Shown here piece by piece: positions 8,833-18,392 of a stretch of DNA of 32,000 nt. A program made the position numbers and the translations under genes. This stretch comes from Cylindrospermopsis raciborskii Cr2010 (GTDB taxonomy: Bacteria > Cyanobacteriota > Cyanobacteriia > Cyanobacteriales > Nostocaceae), in contig NZ_CP065936.1 in assembly GCF_003367075.2 (NCBI RefSeq), positions 1,470,001 through 1,502,000 on the forward strand. The letters are read 5' to 3'. The notes under the pieces are model-generated. The model was not told the origin of the DNA, searched no databases, and saw only the letters and a program-made list of their open reading frames with translations. Each line of letters starts with the position of its first letter. The first letter of the stretch is position 1.

Positions 8833-9838
8833 GAGTTTGTTTTTAAAGCGACTCTAGAACTTTTGTTTTTTTTACTTCTTGATGTCCTTGTGTCTTTTAC
8901 CAGGTTTTGGTAACCGAGAGGACAACGCGAAATCGTTCCGTTTTCACTTTTGATTTGTAACCCGATTACACTAACATGAATTTTTGGGATTGGGGATCAG
9001 GGATTTACCGTAGGTCTGGCTTTGTTGCTTCCTGTCATTATTCTCTTTTTTCACTCCAAACCTTTTGTAAATCAGCTTTTTGGACGTGTAACATTTTTTT
9101 TCAAATGGTAAATAATTTTTTCTTAGGAAGCCATATTAACCTGCTCTTAGCTGACTGGGCTAATATCTTGATCGTTAAATCCGACAATAATTCCCCATAC
9201 AGTAGTGAGAGTTATATTTGAAACACAAGTTTTATAGAGTATTTAGTTATAAAAAATATGCTTTGATAGAAATCTACGTACTATTTTGGTGGTTATATTC
9301 CTGTAAAATACCATAAAAGTCCCATCTTAACTGGCTGGTGGATTTATGGTTCAGTAAGAAAAATGTGATTTAAATGATATAAAAAGTACATCAATCTGAT
9401 AAAATGTAAAGTATAAAAGTATTTGGAATGATTAACTAAATATATTGATAAGAAATTAATAGCAGTATACATAAGCCGTATTAACGGATTAAATAATACT
9501 AGTGGTGAAATAGCCAAAAAATCAGCTCAATCTTAATTCGTGGTTTTTAAGGTAATAAAAGTTACTTCGTTTTTATAAGATTTACTTTATCTATCAAATA
9601 TATTGATTAAAACCAGGTATTAGCTTGATAGTAACTTTCTATATGCAAAAATTTGGTGTATTTTGTTTGTTTTATTGAAATAAGTTAAAATATGTGTTTT
9701 ACAATTAGTGCAAAGTCAGTTACCTTTTACATTAGTTTATGTATTTATTAAGTTAGCATTAATGTTGGCTTAGTATGTGGTTCGCATGTAAAGTGTATAG
9801 TATGGGATAGATATATTAGTGGGCTTGAGCTAAAAAAA

Positions 9839-11845
9839 ATGGTATCTAACACTACATCATTCAGAGATATTGAAAATCATTGGGCAAGTTTATTCATTCG
9901 CGCATTAGCCCAAAGGCGAATTCTCAATGGCTACCTTGATGGTACATTTCGCCCAGATAACCCCGTCAGTCGTGGAGAGTTTGCAGCCATGATGGGGGCG
10001 ATTATCAACTTACCAGTAAAAAGGGAATATATAACGTTTAAAGACGTTCCGGATAACTACTGGGCTAGAAATGCGATCAGAAGAGTATATGAGACAGGAG
10101 TGATGACAGGTTATCCTGATCAAACTTTCCGTCCCAATGATAGGGTGTCCAGAGCCGATGTATTAGTTGTTATAGTTAATGCTTTGGGAATTGCCAGTCA
10201 GTTTTCCCCCGAACTGGTGGGTAGACTGGCACAGGCCTATGAAGATGCAGCAAATATTCCCAGTTATGCCATTAATTCTATTGCGATCGCATCTGGGAAT
10301 AGTTTAGTAGTGAACTATCCGAATATCAAACTACTGAACCCCCAAAGTGGAGCGACTCGTGGAGACGTGGCGGTGATGATGTATCAAGCCCTTGTGTACT
10401 TAGGTAGAGTGCAAAAGATTAATTCACCATATATTGTCACACTACCTTTAGGGGTCAAGACTGTAAAGGTGAGTCACCAGAGGGAATTTCGGGGCGCCTG
10501 GATAACAGTAGTCTGGAACAGTGATTGGCCATCTAAACCGGGATTAAGTGTGGAGCAGCAGAAAACTGAACTACTGGAAATCATCAAACAACTGCAATCC
10601 TTAAACTTCAACGCTCTAATCTTGCAAGTACGTCCAGAGGGAGACGCGGTGTATGCTTCCCCCATAGAACCATGGAGTGCTTGGATTACAGGAACTCAAG
10701 GCAAAGCTCCCGAACCGATTTACGATCCCCTGGAATTTGCCATTGAGGAATGCCATAAGCGTAATATAGAAGTTCACGCCTGGTTTAATCCCTACCGAGC
10801 AAAAACCACCACCAAAAGTGGATCTAATGTTAGTCCCCATATAGCCATAACTAATCCCGAAGTGGTTTATAGATGGGGTAATCAGTTATGGATGGATCCT
10901 GGTGCCAAAATTGTTCAAGACAGAGCTTATAATGTTATTATTGATGTACTAACTCGTTATGATGTAGATGGTATTCATCTAGATGATTACTTTTACCCCT
11001 ATCCCATATCTGGTCAATCATTTCCCGACGAAAAGACATACAGTGCTTATAAAAATAGCGGTGGTAAATTGAGTGTGGAAGATTGGCGAAGAGAGAACGT
11101 CAATCAAATGGTGTGGAGGTTATCGGAAGGCATTAAAAAAATCAAAGCCCATGTAAAATTTGGCATTAGTCCCTTTGGTATTTACCGTCCGGGACAACCA
11201 GCAGGAATTGTGGGTTTAGATCCCTATAGCGTTCTGTATGCTGATTCAAAAAAATGGTTACAGGAAGGTTGGATTGACTATTTAGCACCTCAGCTATATT
11301 GGCGGACAGATCAAACACAACAAAGTTATGAAACCCTGCTAAAATGGTGGACAGAAGTCAACACTAAACAGCGACATATTTACGCTGGTAATAATATTGG
11401 ACAACTAGATGGTAAAGTATGGAAAAATTCAGAAATTGAAAAACAAATTGTCATTTCTCGCAACCTGGCTGAAAATTTTTCCCTAGGGAATATCTTTTTC
11501 AGCATGAAATCCCTAGCGGAAAATCGTCAAGGGATTGGGGATCAATTTAAACAGGTGTATTACCCTCGTCCTTCCATCGTTCCTACTATGTTATGGAGAA
11601 ATCAAACACCTCCACCGCCTCCTCAAAATATAACCTTTCAAGATGGAAAACTAAATTGGCAAAGGGGAGATAATAGATCTGTACGCTCTTGGACTCTCTA
11701 TCGTCAAACTGGGGATACCTGGATAATACAAAGAATTTTATCTGCTGGTACTACTTTTGCAACTGTACAACCAGGTAATTATGCAGTATGTGCGGTAGAT
11801 AGACTGGGTAATGAGAGCTTAGGTGTGACAATTACAGTTTCGTGA
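9839..11845 (+). CDS. SLH-domain protein with a family 10-like glycosyl hydrolase (GHL10/DUF187-type) domain
   Basis: SLH repeats ('FRDIENHWASLFIRALAQRRILNGYLDGTFRPDNPVSRGEFAAMM', 'FKDVPDNYWARNAIRRVYETGVMTGYPDQTFRPNDRVSRADVLVVI') then 'FRGAWITVVWNSDWPSKPG...LNFNALILQVRPEGDAVYAS...PWSAWITG...DGIHLDDYFYPYP...DWRRENVNQMV'. Confidence 0.88.
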   Translation: MVSNTTSFRDIENHWASLFIRALAQRRILNGYLDGTFRPDNPVSRGEFAAMMGAIINLPVKREYITFKDVPDNYWARNAIRRVYETGVMTGYPDQTFRPNDRVSRADVLVVIVNALGIASQFSPELVGRLAQAYEDAANIPSYAINSIAIASGNSLVVNYPNIKLLNPQSGATRGDVAVMMYQALVYLGRVQKINSPYIVTLPLGVKTVKVSHQREFRGAWITVVWNSDWPSKPGLSVEQQKTELLEIIKQLQSLNFNALILQVRPEGDAVYASPIEPWSAWITGTQGKAPEPIYDPLEFAIEECHKRNIEVHAWFNPYRAKTTTKSGSNVSPHIAITNPEVVYRWGNQLWMDPGAKIVQDRAYNVIIDVLTRYDVDGIHLDDYFYPYPISGQSFPDEKTYSAYKNSGGKLSVEDWRRENVNQMVWRLSEGIKKIKAHVKFGISPFGIYRPGQPAGIVGLDPYSVLYADSKKWLQEGWIDYLAPQLYWRTDQTQQSYETLLKWWTEVNTKQRHIYAGNNIGQLDGKVWKNSEIEKQIVISRNLAENFSLGNIFFSMKSLAENRQGIGDQFKQVYYPRPSIVPTMLWRNQTPPPPPQNITFQDGKLNWQRGDNRSVRSWTLYRQTGDTWIIQRILSAGTTFATVQPGNYAVCAVDRLGNESLGVTITVS

Positions 11846-11887
11846 ACTGAAGAGAGATAAAAAAGGGTAAAATATGTAATTTACCCT

Positions 11888-12721
11888 TTGTGTTGGATTA
11901 AAAAAATGAAAGAAAGACTAGACATATTATTACTAAAACTAGAACTATGTGTTTCCCGTCAGCAAGCTCAAAGACTAATTCAAGCTGGGGAAGTAATGGT
12001 CAATCAACAAATAATAGATAAACCAGGAACAGAAATAGACATAAGTGCGGAAATTCAAATTAAAGAGCGTCCCCCCTTTGTTTCTCGTGGGGGTGAAAAA
12101 CTGGCCAAAGCAATAAAACTGTTTGAAATTTCTGTGAGGGAGCGCATTTGCTTAGATGGGGGAATTTCCACGGGAGGTTTTACCGATTGTCTATTACAAA
12201 ATGGTGCCAAACAGGTGTATGGTATTGATGTTGGTTATGGACAGGTTGACTGGAAAATCAGAAATGATGGTAGGGTGATTTTAAAAGAAAGAACAAATTT
12301 ACGAGAATTACAACCAGAACAATTATATCTAGGGTTAGATAGCTTTGCTGATTTAGCAGTTGTAGACGTTTCTTTTATTTCTCTTAGTAAAGTTCTACCT
12401 GCAGTTTGGCGTTTAACTCAAATACCAAAAGAGGCGGTGTTATTAGTCAAACCCCAGTTTGAAGTTGGCAAAAATCGTGTAGGTAAAAAGGGAGTAGTAC
12501 GGGATGCTAAAGACCATGCCCAGGCAATTTTCCAGGTTTTACAAACCGCTTTACAACTGGGATGGAATTATAGGGGATTGACTTTTTCTCCCATCACAGG
12601 ACCTGCGGGGAATATTGAATATCTTTTATGGTTGAGCATGATAGGTGAAGTCTCCCAACCGGAGTTAATAACCATCGAGGAGCTAACTAAAAAAGCAGTA
12701 AGGGAGTTAACTACTAAATGA
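11888..12721 (+). CDS. tlyA: TlyA family S4-domain RNA (2'-O) methyltransferase / hemolysin-like (likely start at the second Met, MKERLD)
   Basis: 'MKERLDILLLKLELCVSRQQAQRLIQAGEVMVNQQIIDKPG' S4 domain plus the FtsJ-like 'CLDGGISTGGFTDCLLQNGAKQVYGIDVGYGQVDWKIRNDGRV'. Confidence 0.93.
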   Translation: MCWIKKMKERLDILLLKLELCVSRQQAQRLIQAGEVMVNQQIIDKPGTEIDISAEIQIKERPPFVSRGGEKLAKAIKLFEISVRERICLDGGISTGGFTDCLLQNGAKQVYGIDVGYGQVDWKIRNDGRVILKERTNLRELQPEQLYLGLDSFADLAVVDVSFISLSKVLPAVWRLTQIPKEAVLLVKPQFEVGKNRVGKKGVVRDAKDHAQAIFQVLQTALQLGWNYRGLTFSPITGPAGNIEYLLWLSMIGEVSQPELITIEELTKKAVRELTTK

Positions 12722-13182
12722 GCAATAGTTCAAATATAAGTTCAAATATAAAATCTCTCCATGAAGAGAACTATCAATTGTGGTTAGAATCAACCATTGA
12801 CAATTTAAAACAGGGCAATTTTGACCATATAGATATTGACAACTTAATAGAAGAGATTTCCGAAATGGGCGGTAGTTTAAAAGATGCCTTAGAAAACAAT
12901 TTAATTGTGATTTTAGCCCATTTACTCAAGTGGCAATATCAACCCCAAAAGCGTTCTGGTAGTTGGAAAGCTAGTATTAAAGAACATCGACGCCGAATTA
13001 ATAAATCTATCCAAAAACACCCCTATTTAAAAAAATATTATGAGAAGATTTTTTCAGAATCCTACCTCCCCGCTGTAGATTGGGCCATGGAAGAAACTGG
13101 ATTATCACCGGAAACTTTCCCATCCCAGTGTCCTTTTACCCCTGAACAGGTGTTGAATGACCAATTTTTGCCCGGAGACTAA
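12718..13182 (+). CDS. DUF29 domain-containing protein
   Basis: 'YQLWLESTIDNLKQGNFDHIDIDNLIEEISEMGGSLKDALENNLIVILAHLLKWQYQPQKRSGSWKASIKEHRRRI' is typical of DUF29; start overlaps the tlyA stop (ATGA). Confidence 0.9.
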   Translation: MSNSSNISSNIKSLHEENYQLWLESTIDNLKQGNFDHIDIDNLIEEISEMGGSLKDALENNLIVILAHLLKWQYQPQKRSGSWKASIKEHRRRINKSIQKHPYLKKYYEKIFSESYLPAVDWAMEETGLSPETFPSQCPFTPEQVLNDQFLPGD

Positions 13183-13264
13183 TGATGAAAAAAGATGAGC
13201 AATTGCTATCCGATAAATATAATATAGGTTACAATAGGAAAACTGTAAAAAAATAGAATGTCAA

Positions 13265-14827
13265 ATGTTTTGGGCTGATAAAATCGCTGCTGATGCACAA
13301 GGTTACCAGGTAGTTAATGATTCTAAAACCCCTTCAGGAAGGGTTCACGTCGGATCATTGCGGGGTGTAGTTATCCATGACGTTATTTACCGTGCCTTGA
13401 AACATGCAGGTAAGCCTGTAAAATTCACCTATGGTGTGGATGACTATGACGCTTTAGATACGGTGCCCAAATATTTAGACCGGGAAAAATTTAAACCTTA
13501 TTTGGGTTTTCCCTTGTGTAATGTCCCTTCTCCTGGGGAAGGTGCGCCAGACTATGCTAAATATTTCATTGGTGAGTTTTTTGAGATTTTTGAGTATTTA
13601 GGAATCCAACCAGAGACCTATTTCCTACGTGATTTATATCGTTCTGGTAAAGTTAATTCCCATATCAACATCTTTTTAAAAAATGCTCACCTGGTTAGAC
13701 AAGTGTATAAACAGGTCAGTAAAGCAGATCGTCCAGAAAACTGGTACCCTTTTCAGGTGATTTGTGAAAATTGTGGCAAGATAGCTACCACTGTGGTTAC
13801 AGATTATAACGGTTCCGAGGTTTTTTACACTTGTCAACCGGACTCCACTAATTATGTTCAAGGTTGTGGTCATTCTGCTTGGGTGTCTCCTCTTAATGGT
13901 AATGGCAAATTACCTTGGAAGGTTGAATGGGTAGCCAAGTGGGACGTTTTGGGTGTAACTATTGAAATGGCCGGTAAAGACCACTCTCAAAAAGGTGGTT
14001 CTAGGGATGTGGCTAATGCCATTTGTCGTCAAGTTTTGGAGAAACAACCTCCCTTTCATTCACCTTATGAATTTATTCTTGTCAATGGCACAAAAATGAG
14101 TTCTTCTAAGGGTGTGGGTTCTAGCGCTAGGGAAATTGCTAATTTATTACCACCTGAGTTATTAAGGTTTTTAATGTTAAGAACTCAGCCAAGAACGGTT
14201 ATTAATTTTGCCCCCAATTATGAAACCATTACTCGACTGTTTCGGGATTATGATACCTTAATTAGTAAGTATGAGGTTAATCCTGAATTAACTGAAGAGT
14301 TAATGTCTTTATTTTATGCTCAACTAGGGGATGAGGTGAAGGTTTTTCAGCCTTTTGATTACAGCACATTAATTTCTTTGTTGCAAATCCCTCGGTTAAA
14401 TATTCAAGATGAAGTTGTGCAACGTAGTGCTAATTCTTTAACTGAGTATGACCAATTTATTGTCAATCAAAGAATTGCTTCAGCTCAAAGATGGTTAGAA
14501 GATTATGCGGATGAGGAAGAAAAGTTAGTTTTGTACTTAGAACAAGTGCCAGAAAAAGCCCGTGGGTTAAGTTCAGAACAGGTAACTTATATTCAAAAGT
14601 TAGCTGAAAATCTGGAATGTGCTACCCCTTGGGAAGCAGAAGCATTACAAACCGTGATTTTCTCCACTACTAAAGAGTTAAACATCCCTCCAGCGGATGC
14701 TTTTAAAGCCTTATATCTGGGATTTTTAAACAAGGAAAAAGGACCTAAAGCAGGGGGTTTATTCTCCTATTTGGAAAAATCTTTCGTTATTTCCAGATTA
14801 CAAGAAATCACAGCCTTATACCATTAG
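13265..14827 (+). CDS. lysS: Lysine--tRNA ligase, class I type
   Basis: 520 aa; 'SGRVHVGSLRGVVIHDVIYRAL' (HIGH-like), 'TYGVDDYDALDTVP', 'MAGKDHSQKGGSRDVANAIC' and 'NGTKMSSSKGVG' (KMSKS-like), consistent with class I LysRS. Confidence 0.88.
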   Translation: MFWADKIAADAQGYQVVNDSKTPSGRVHVGSLRGVVIHDVIYRALKHAGKPVKFTYGVDDYDALDTVPKYLDREKFKPYLGFPLCNVPSPGEGAPDYAKYFIGEFFEIFEYLGIQPETYFLRDLYRSGKVNSHINIFLKNAHLVRQVYKQVSKADRPENWYPFQVICENCGKIATTVVTDYNGSEVFYTCQPDSTNYVQGCGHSAWVSPLNGNGKLPWKVEWVAKWDVLGVTIEMAGKDHSQKGGSRDVANAICRQVLEKQPPFHSPYEFILVNGTKMSSSKGVGSSAREIANLLPPELLRFLMLRTQPRTVINFAPNYETITRLFRDYDTLISKYEVNPELTEELMSLFYAQLGDEVKVFQPFDYSTLISLLQIPRLNIQDEVVQRSANSLTEYDQFIVNQRIASAQRWLEDYADEEEKLVLYLEQVPEKARGLSSEQVTYIQKLAENLECATPWEAEALQTVIFSTTKELNIPPADAFKALYLGFLNKEKGPKAGGLFSYLEKSFVISRLQEITALYH

Positions 14828-14913
14828 GTTCTTTCCGTGATGATTTCTGCTGTTTTTAAAAACAGATTCTAGCTATCCATACTCTATGGGTAGCTTAGAT
14901 TAGTTAGGAGTTT

Positions 14914-16287
14914 TTAGCACAATTTTCGTAGGGTTCTATTTTGGCAGGTGTAGTGAACTTTATACATGACTTCATTGCGATTGGGTGATCCCAAGGAGAG
15001 TACGGATTTATTCCCCGAATGAGGGGTAAGAGTCTTGGGAAAAATATTATATGTTGCCAACTGCTTAGCCAGTTGTTGTAAAAGCTTGTCCTGTTCAGCT
15101 CGAAAACTAGAAACTTGATTACCACGATTGATAATTGTAAACCACACTAAACCGCGATCGCGTGTAGGAAGCACCCCAGCCAAAGCACTAACATCACTGA
15201 GAGTGCCAGTTTTCATGACAGTAGCATTTGGCATATTCCGATGCTGCATTGTTCCGCGATTATCTAATCCAGAGGTAGGAAACAAATCAGCTAAGCTCAA
15301 ATTACTCGCCATTGCTTCTCGCTGAAGTGCCATAAACATAGCAGCAACTGCTCTGGGAGAAATGCGATTTTCCCTTCCTAGTCCAGAACCATTAATTAAT
15401 TGAATTTCTGACTGAGGAACCATAGCCAATTGAGATGAGATGGATCTAACCACATCTGCACCACCTATATACTGCGATAACATTTCAGCTATTTCATTAT
15501 TACTATACACATTCATCTCTTTGATGATTTGATGTAGTGGTAAAGAAAGATGACGTATTAATAAAGTTTGAGGTAGTAGTTGATTGTGGCGAGATGGTGG
15601 AGCGACCTTTATGGCACCATTAATTACCAGTTGAGGTTTCAATGTTCCCTTAGGCATAATAGAATGCTGGTAGGTTAAATTACGGTTCCAAGTTTTGTGA
15701 TTGAGGGCTTGTTTAAAGATTTGACCTGCTACATTGGGATTGCTAGAGAAATTCATCGCAAACTTGCCACTAACAACCAAATTACCCTTTATCTGTTGAA
15801 TACCCATTTTATTTAAAGTATTACCAATAGCAATAGCTTCTTCCCCCACAAACATAGGATCGCCACCACTACTAACAACTAAGTCACCATTGACCACCCG
15901 ATTAACTATAGGACTAGTAATACCAACTAGTGTTTGAAACTGATAATTGGGACCCAAGGTTTTAAAGCTCGCTAAAGAAGTAGCTACCTTAGTTAGGGAT
16001 GCAGCAGGTAGGGGTACAGTACCTTGGTGATTGGCCATTAATATGGGACCTGATTGTAGCCAAATTCCCTGATGACCGACTAAATTGGGCTCGATTAACT
16101 TAGAAGATACTAACCCTTGAAGATATTGCCTTGTGGTCATAGCTCCTACCAGACTTGGATCTGGGGCAATCACAAAGCCCGGACTGGTTTGTCCTGCTAG
16201 TGTTTCTAGAGCGCTGACAGGTTGAATTTTAATTCCCGCTAAATCCAGCCAAATAGAAATTAAACCTGAACCCAATAATTCCAGCAT
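14914..16287 (-). CDS. dacB: D-alanyl-D-alanine carboxypeptidase / endopeptidase, peptidase S13 (PBP4/DacB-like)
   Basis: 'PAASLTKVATSLASFKTLG' (SxxK), 'YSNNEIAEMLSQYIGG' (SxN), 'VMKTGTLSDVSALAGVLPTRDRGLVWF' (KTG). Confidence 0.9.
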   Translation of the reverse strand: MLELLGSGLISIWLDLAGIKIQPVSALETLAGQTSPGFVIAPDPSLVGAMTTRQYLQGLVSSKLIEPNLVGHQGIWLQSGPILMANHQGTVPLPAASLTKVATSLASFKTLGPNYQFQTLVGITSPIVNRVVNGDLVVSSGGDPMFVGEEAIAIGNTLNKMGIQQIKGNLVVSGKFAMNFSSNPNVAGQIFKQALNHKTWNRNLTYQHSIMPKGTLKPQLVINGAIKVAPPSRHNQLLPQTLLIRHLSLPLHQIIKEMNVYSNNEIAEMLSQYIGGADVVRSISSQLAMVPQSEIQLINGSGLGRENRISPRAVAAMFMALQREAMASNLSLADLFPTSGLDNRGTMQHRNMPNATVMKTGTLSDVSALAGVLPTRDRGLVWFTIINRGNQVSSFRAEQDKLLQQLAKQLATYNIFPKTLTPHSGNKSVLSLGSPNRNEVMYKVHYTCQNRTLRKLC

Positions 16288-16447
16288 ATTTAATTCCCTT
16301 ACATTAGAATATGTAATATAATCTTATATTCAATAGATTAATATATAGATTTCCTGGGCAAGAAGAACGCGCCCAGGTTGAAATTATAGCTTTTTTTTGC
16401 CAAGTTTGCAACAGTGTGGATTTAGACACCACACCCACAATCCACCT

Positions 16448-16849
16448 TTACCCCTGCTCTGTACCCCTTTGCTCTGTTTCGAGTATCTTTTCCACAGTTT
16501 TAGACAAAGTGGATTTTTGCTCTGTTTCGAGTATCTTTTCCACAGTTTTAGACAAAGTGGTTTTAGGTACTGCACCTACATGGGAATCAACCTTTTCTCC
16601 TCCTTTAAAAAATATCAGTGTAGGAATACTGCGAATACCATACTTACTTGCAACATCTGGGCTTTCGTCTGTATTGATTTTAACGACTTTCAGTTTTCCT
16701 GCATACTGTGTAGCAATTTCCTCCACCACAGGGGCAACCATACGACAGGGACCACACCAGGGGGCCCAAAAATCAACCAATACGGGAATTGGACTGTCAA
16801 TAACTTCTTGTTTGAAAGAAGCGTCTGTAACTTCTAATGCTGCTGACAT
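16448..16849 (-). CDS. trxA: Thioredoxin, with duplicated C-terminal segment
   Basis: '[24 protein letters not shown]' active site, '[28 protein letters not shown]'; C-terminus contains a tandem '[14 protein letters not shown]' x2. Confidence 0.95.
   Translation of the reverse strand: MSAALEVTDASFKQEVIDSPIPVLVDFWAPWCGPCRMVAPVVEEIATQYAGKLKVVKINTDESPDVASKYGIRSIPTLIFFKGGEKVDSHVGAVPKTTLSKTVEKILETEQKSTLSKTVEKILETEQRGTEQG
16471..16566. repeat. 48-bp tandem duplication (2 copies) inside the trxA 3' end
   Basis: gctctgtttcgagtatcttttccacagttttagacaaagtggattttt recurs at 16471 and 16519 (period 48 = 16 codons). Confidence 0.95.
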
Positions 16850-17143
16850 TGCTAAAAACCTTCATCTGATATAGTTGTGAGCTTTATGACAATTCTATCA
16901 CACCTTGACATATTGGAGATTTGATCAGAGACTTTTGCCGAAAGTGCCTCATTTTTCCTTCTAAGATTCTAAGATCTAATAATTAAGAAACCGCCCGAAA
17001 TAAAGTTCAGGCGGAGTGTGGTGTGAGGAGTGAACGGAAACATTTGTCTCCGCTATTTCTATTGTAAGCTACAGATATGGTTTTTCGCAGGTTTGTTGAC
17101 AGTAGTGGCAAATTTTTTTTCCACAACCTAACTTAACTGACCT

Positions 17144-18307
17144 TTACTTACCCATACCCAGTTGTTGAGCTTTTTGATAAACCTTACCCTCTGTTAGTAA
17201 AGAAGGAGCAATTATAACTTCCACCTGTTGCATCTCTTTGAGGTTTTTAGCCCCTAGGGTGCCCATACTGGTTTTTAAAGCCCCTAACAGGTTATGAGTT
17301 CCATCATCCAGTCCAGCTGGACCTTTGAGAATTTGTTCTAGGGTACCTGTTGTACCAACGCGAATGCGAGTACCACGGGGAAGAACAGGACTAGGAGTTG
17401 CCATACCCCAATGATAACCCCGACCTGGCGCCTCTGCTGCTCTAGCAAAGGGTGAACCAATCATCACTCCGTCAGCACCGCAGGCAATACACTTACAAAT
17501 GTCTCCACCAGTAATTAAACCTCCATCGGCAATAATGGGAACATATTTACCAGTTTCTTGATAAAAATCCTCCCTAGCTGCAGCACAATCAGCAACTGCG
17601 GTAGCCTGGGGTACGCCTACACCCAAGACACCACGGGATGTACAAGCAGCACCTGGTCCAATACCTACTAAGACGGCTGCAGCACCAGCTTTCATTAAGT
17701 TCAAGGTTACTTCGTATGTAACACAGTTACCTAAAATAACTGGTATGGGCATAGAATGGCAGAACTGCACTAAATCAAGTGGGGTGATGGACTCTGGTGA
17801 AATGTGGTCAGTAGAGACCACCGTGGCTTGGATGAAAAATAAATCTGCTCCACTTCTAGATACCACTTCACCATATTTGCCAGCTCCTGCTGGTGTAGCA
17901 CTAACTGCGGCGATCGCACCCTGTTGTTTAATTTCCTGAATACGTTTTTCAATTAGTTCGGGCTTGATTGGTTCGGCATAGAGATCTTGCATGAGGGAAA
18001 CAAACTCTTCTTTACCCACAGAGGCAATCTTATCCAAAATGGGATTTGGATCGTCATAGCGAGTTTGAATTCCTTCTAGGTTGAGAACCCCTAAAGCTCC
18101 CAACTCAGATAACTTTACAGCCATATCCACATCAACCACCCCGTCCATGGCACTGGCAATAATTGGTATTTCTCTTTCGATATTACCAATTTTCCATCTA
18201 GTATCCGCCAAACTGGGATCTACTGTTCTTTTACCGGGGACTAGGGCAATTTCGTCAATGCCATAGGCTCGGCGAGCCTTTTTTCCCCGCCCAAGTTTAA
18301 TTTCCAC
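17144..18307 (-). CDS. guaB3: GuaB3 family IMP dehydrogenase-related protein
   Basis: 387 aa IMPDH-like barrel: 'MEIKLGRGKKARRAYGIDEIALVPGKRTVDPSLADTRW', 'VGIGPGAACTSRGVLGVGVPQATAVADC', 'VPIIADGGLITGGDICKCIACGADGVMIGSPFARAAEAPG'. Confidence 0.88.
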   Translation of the reverse strand: MEIKLGRGKKARRAYGIDEIALVPGKRTVDPSLADTRWKIGNIEREIPIIASAMDGVVDVDMAVKLSELGALGVLNLEGIQTRYDDPNPILDKIASVGKEEFVSLMQDLYAEPIKPELIEKRIQEIKQQGAIAAVSATPAGAGKYGEVVSRSGADLFFIQATVVSTDHISPESITPLDLVQFCHSMPIPVILGNCVTYEVTLNLMKAGAAAVLVGIGPGAACTSRGVLGVGVPQATAVADCAAAREDFYQETGKYVPIIADGGLITGGDICKCIACGADGVMIGSPFARAAEAPGRGYHWGMATPSPVLPRGTRIRVGTTGTLEQILKGPAGLDDGTHNLLGALKTSMGTLGAKNLKEMQQVEVIIAPSLLTEGKVYQKAQQLGMGK

Positions 18308-18392
18308 TCTTGCACCTTTCTCAAATCAGTTTAAGCTAGGGTATCAAAATTAGGGGGATATTGGGGGAGGAAAAAACTATGAACATTAATAA

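Noticed and set aside
8833-8960. c-di-AMP (ydaO-type) riboswitch upstream of the rlpA-like gene
   Set aside because: Such riboswitches can precede cell-wall genes, but I could not match the conserved core motifs in the minus-strand leader. Infernal against Rfam would decide.
8976-9221. 81-aa ORF in the long intergenic region
   Set aside because: Aromatic/Cys-rich low-quality composition, no recognisable domain, isolated; probably non-coding.
16384-16874. Alternate-frame ORFs over trxA (16384..16575 -, 16397..16837 +, 16416..16874 +)
   Set aside because: Their repeated peptides are the 48-bp tandem duplication read in the wrong frame or strand; trxA explains the region.
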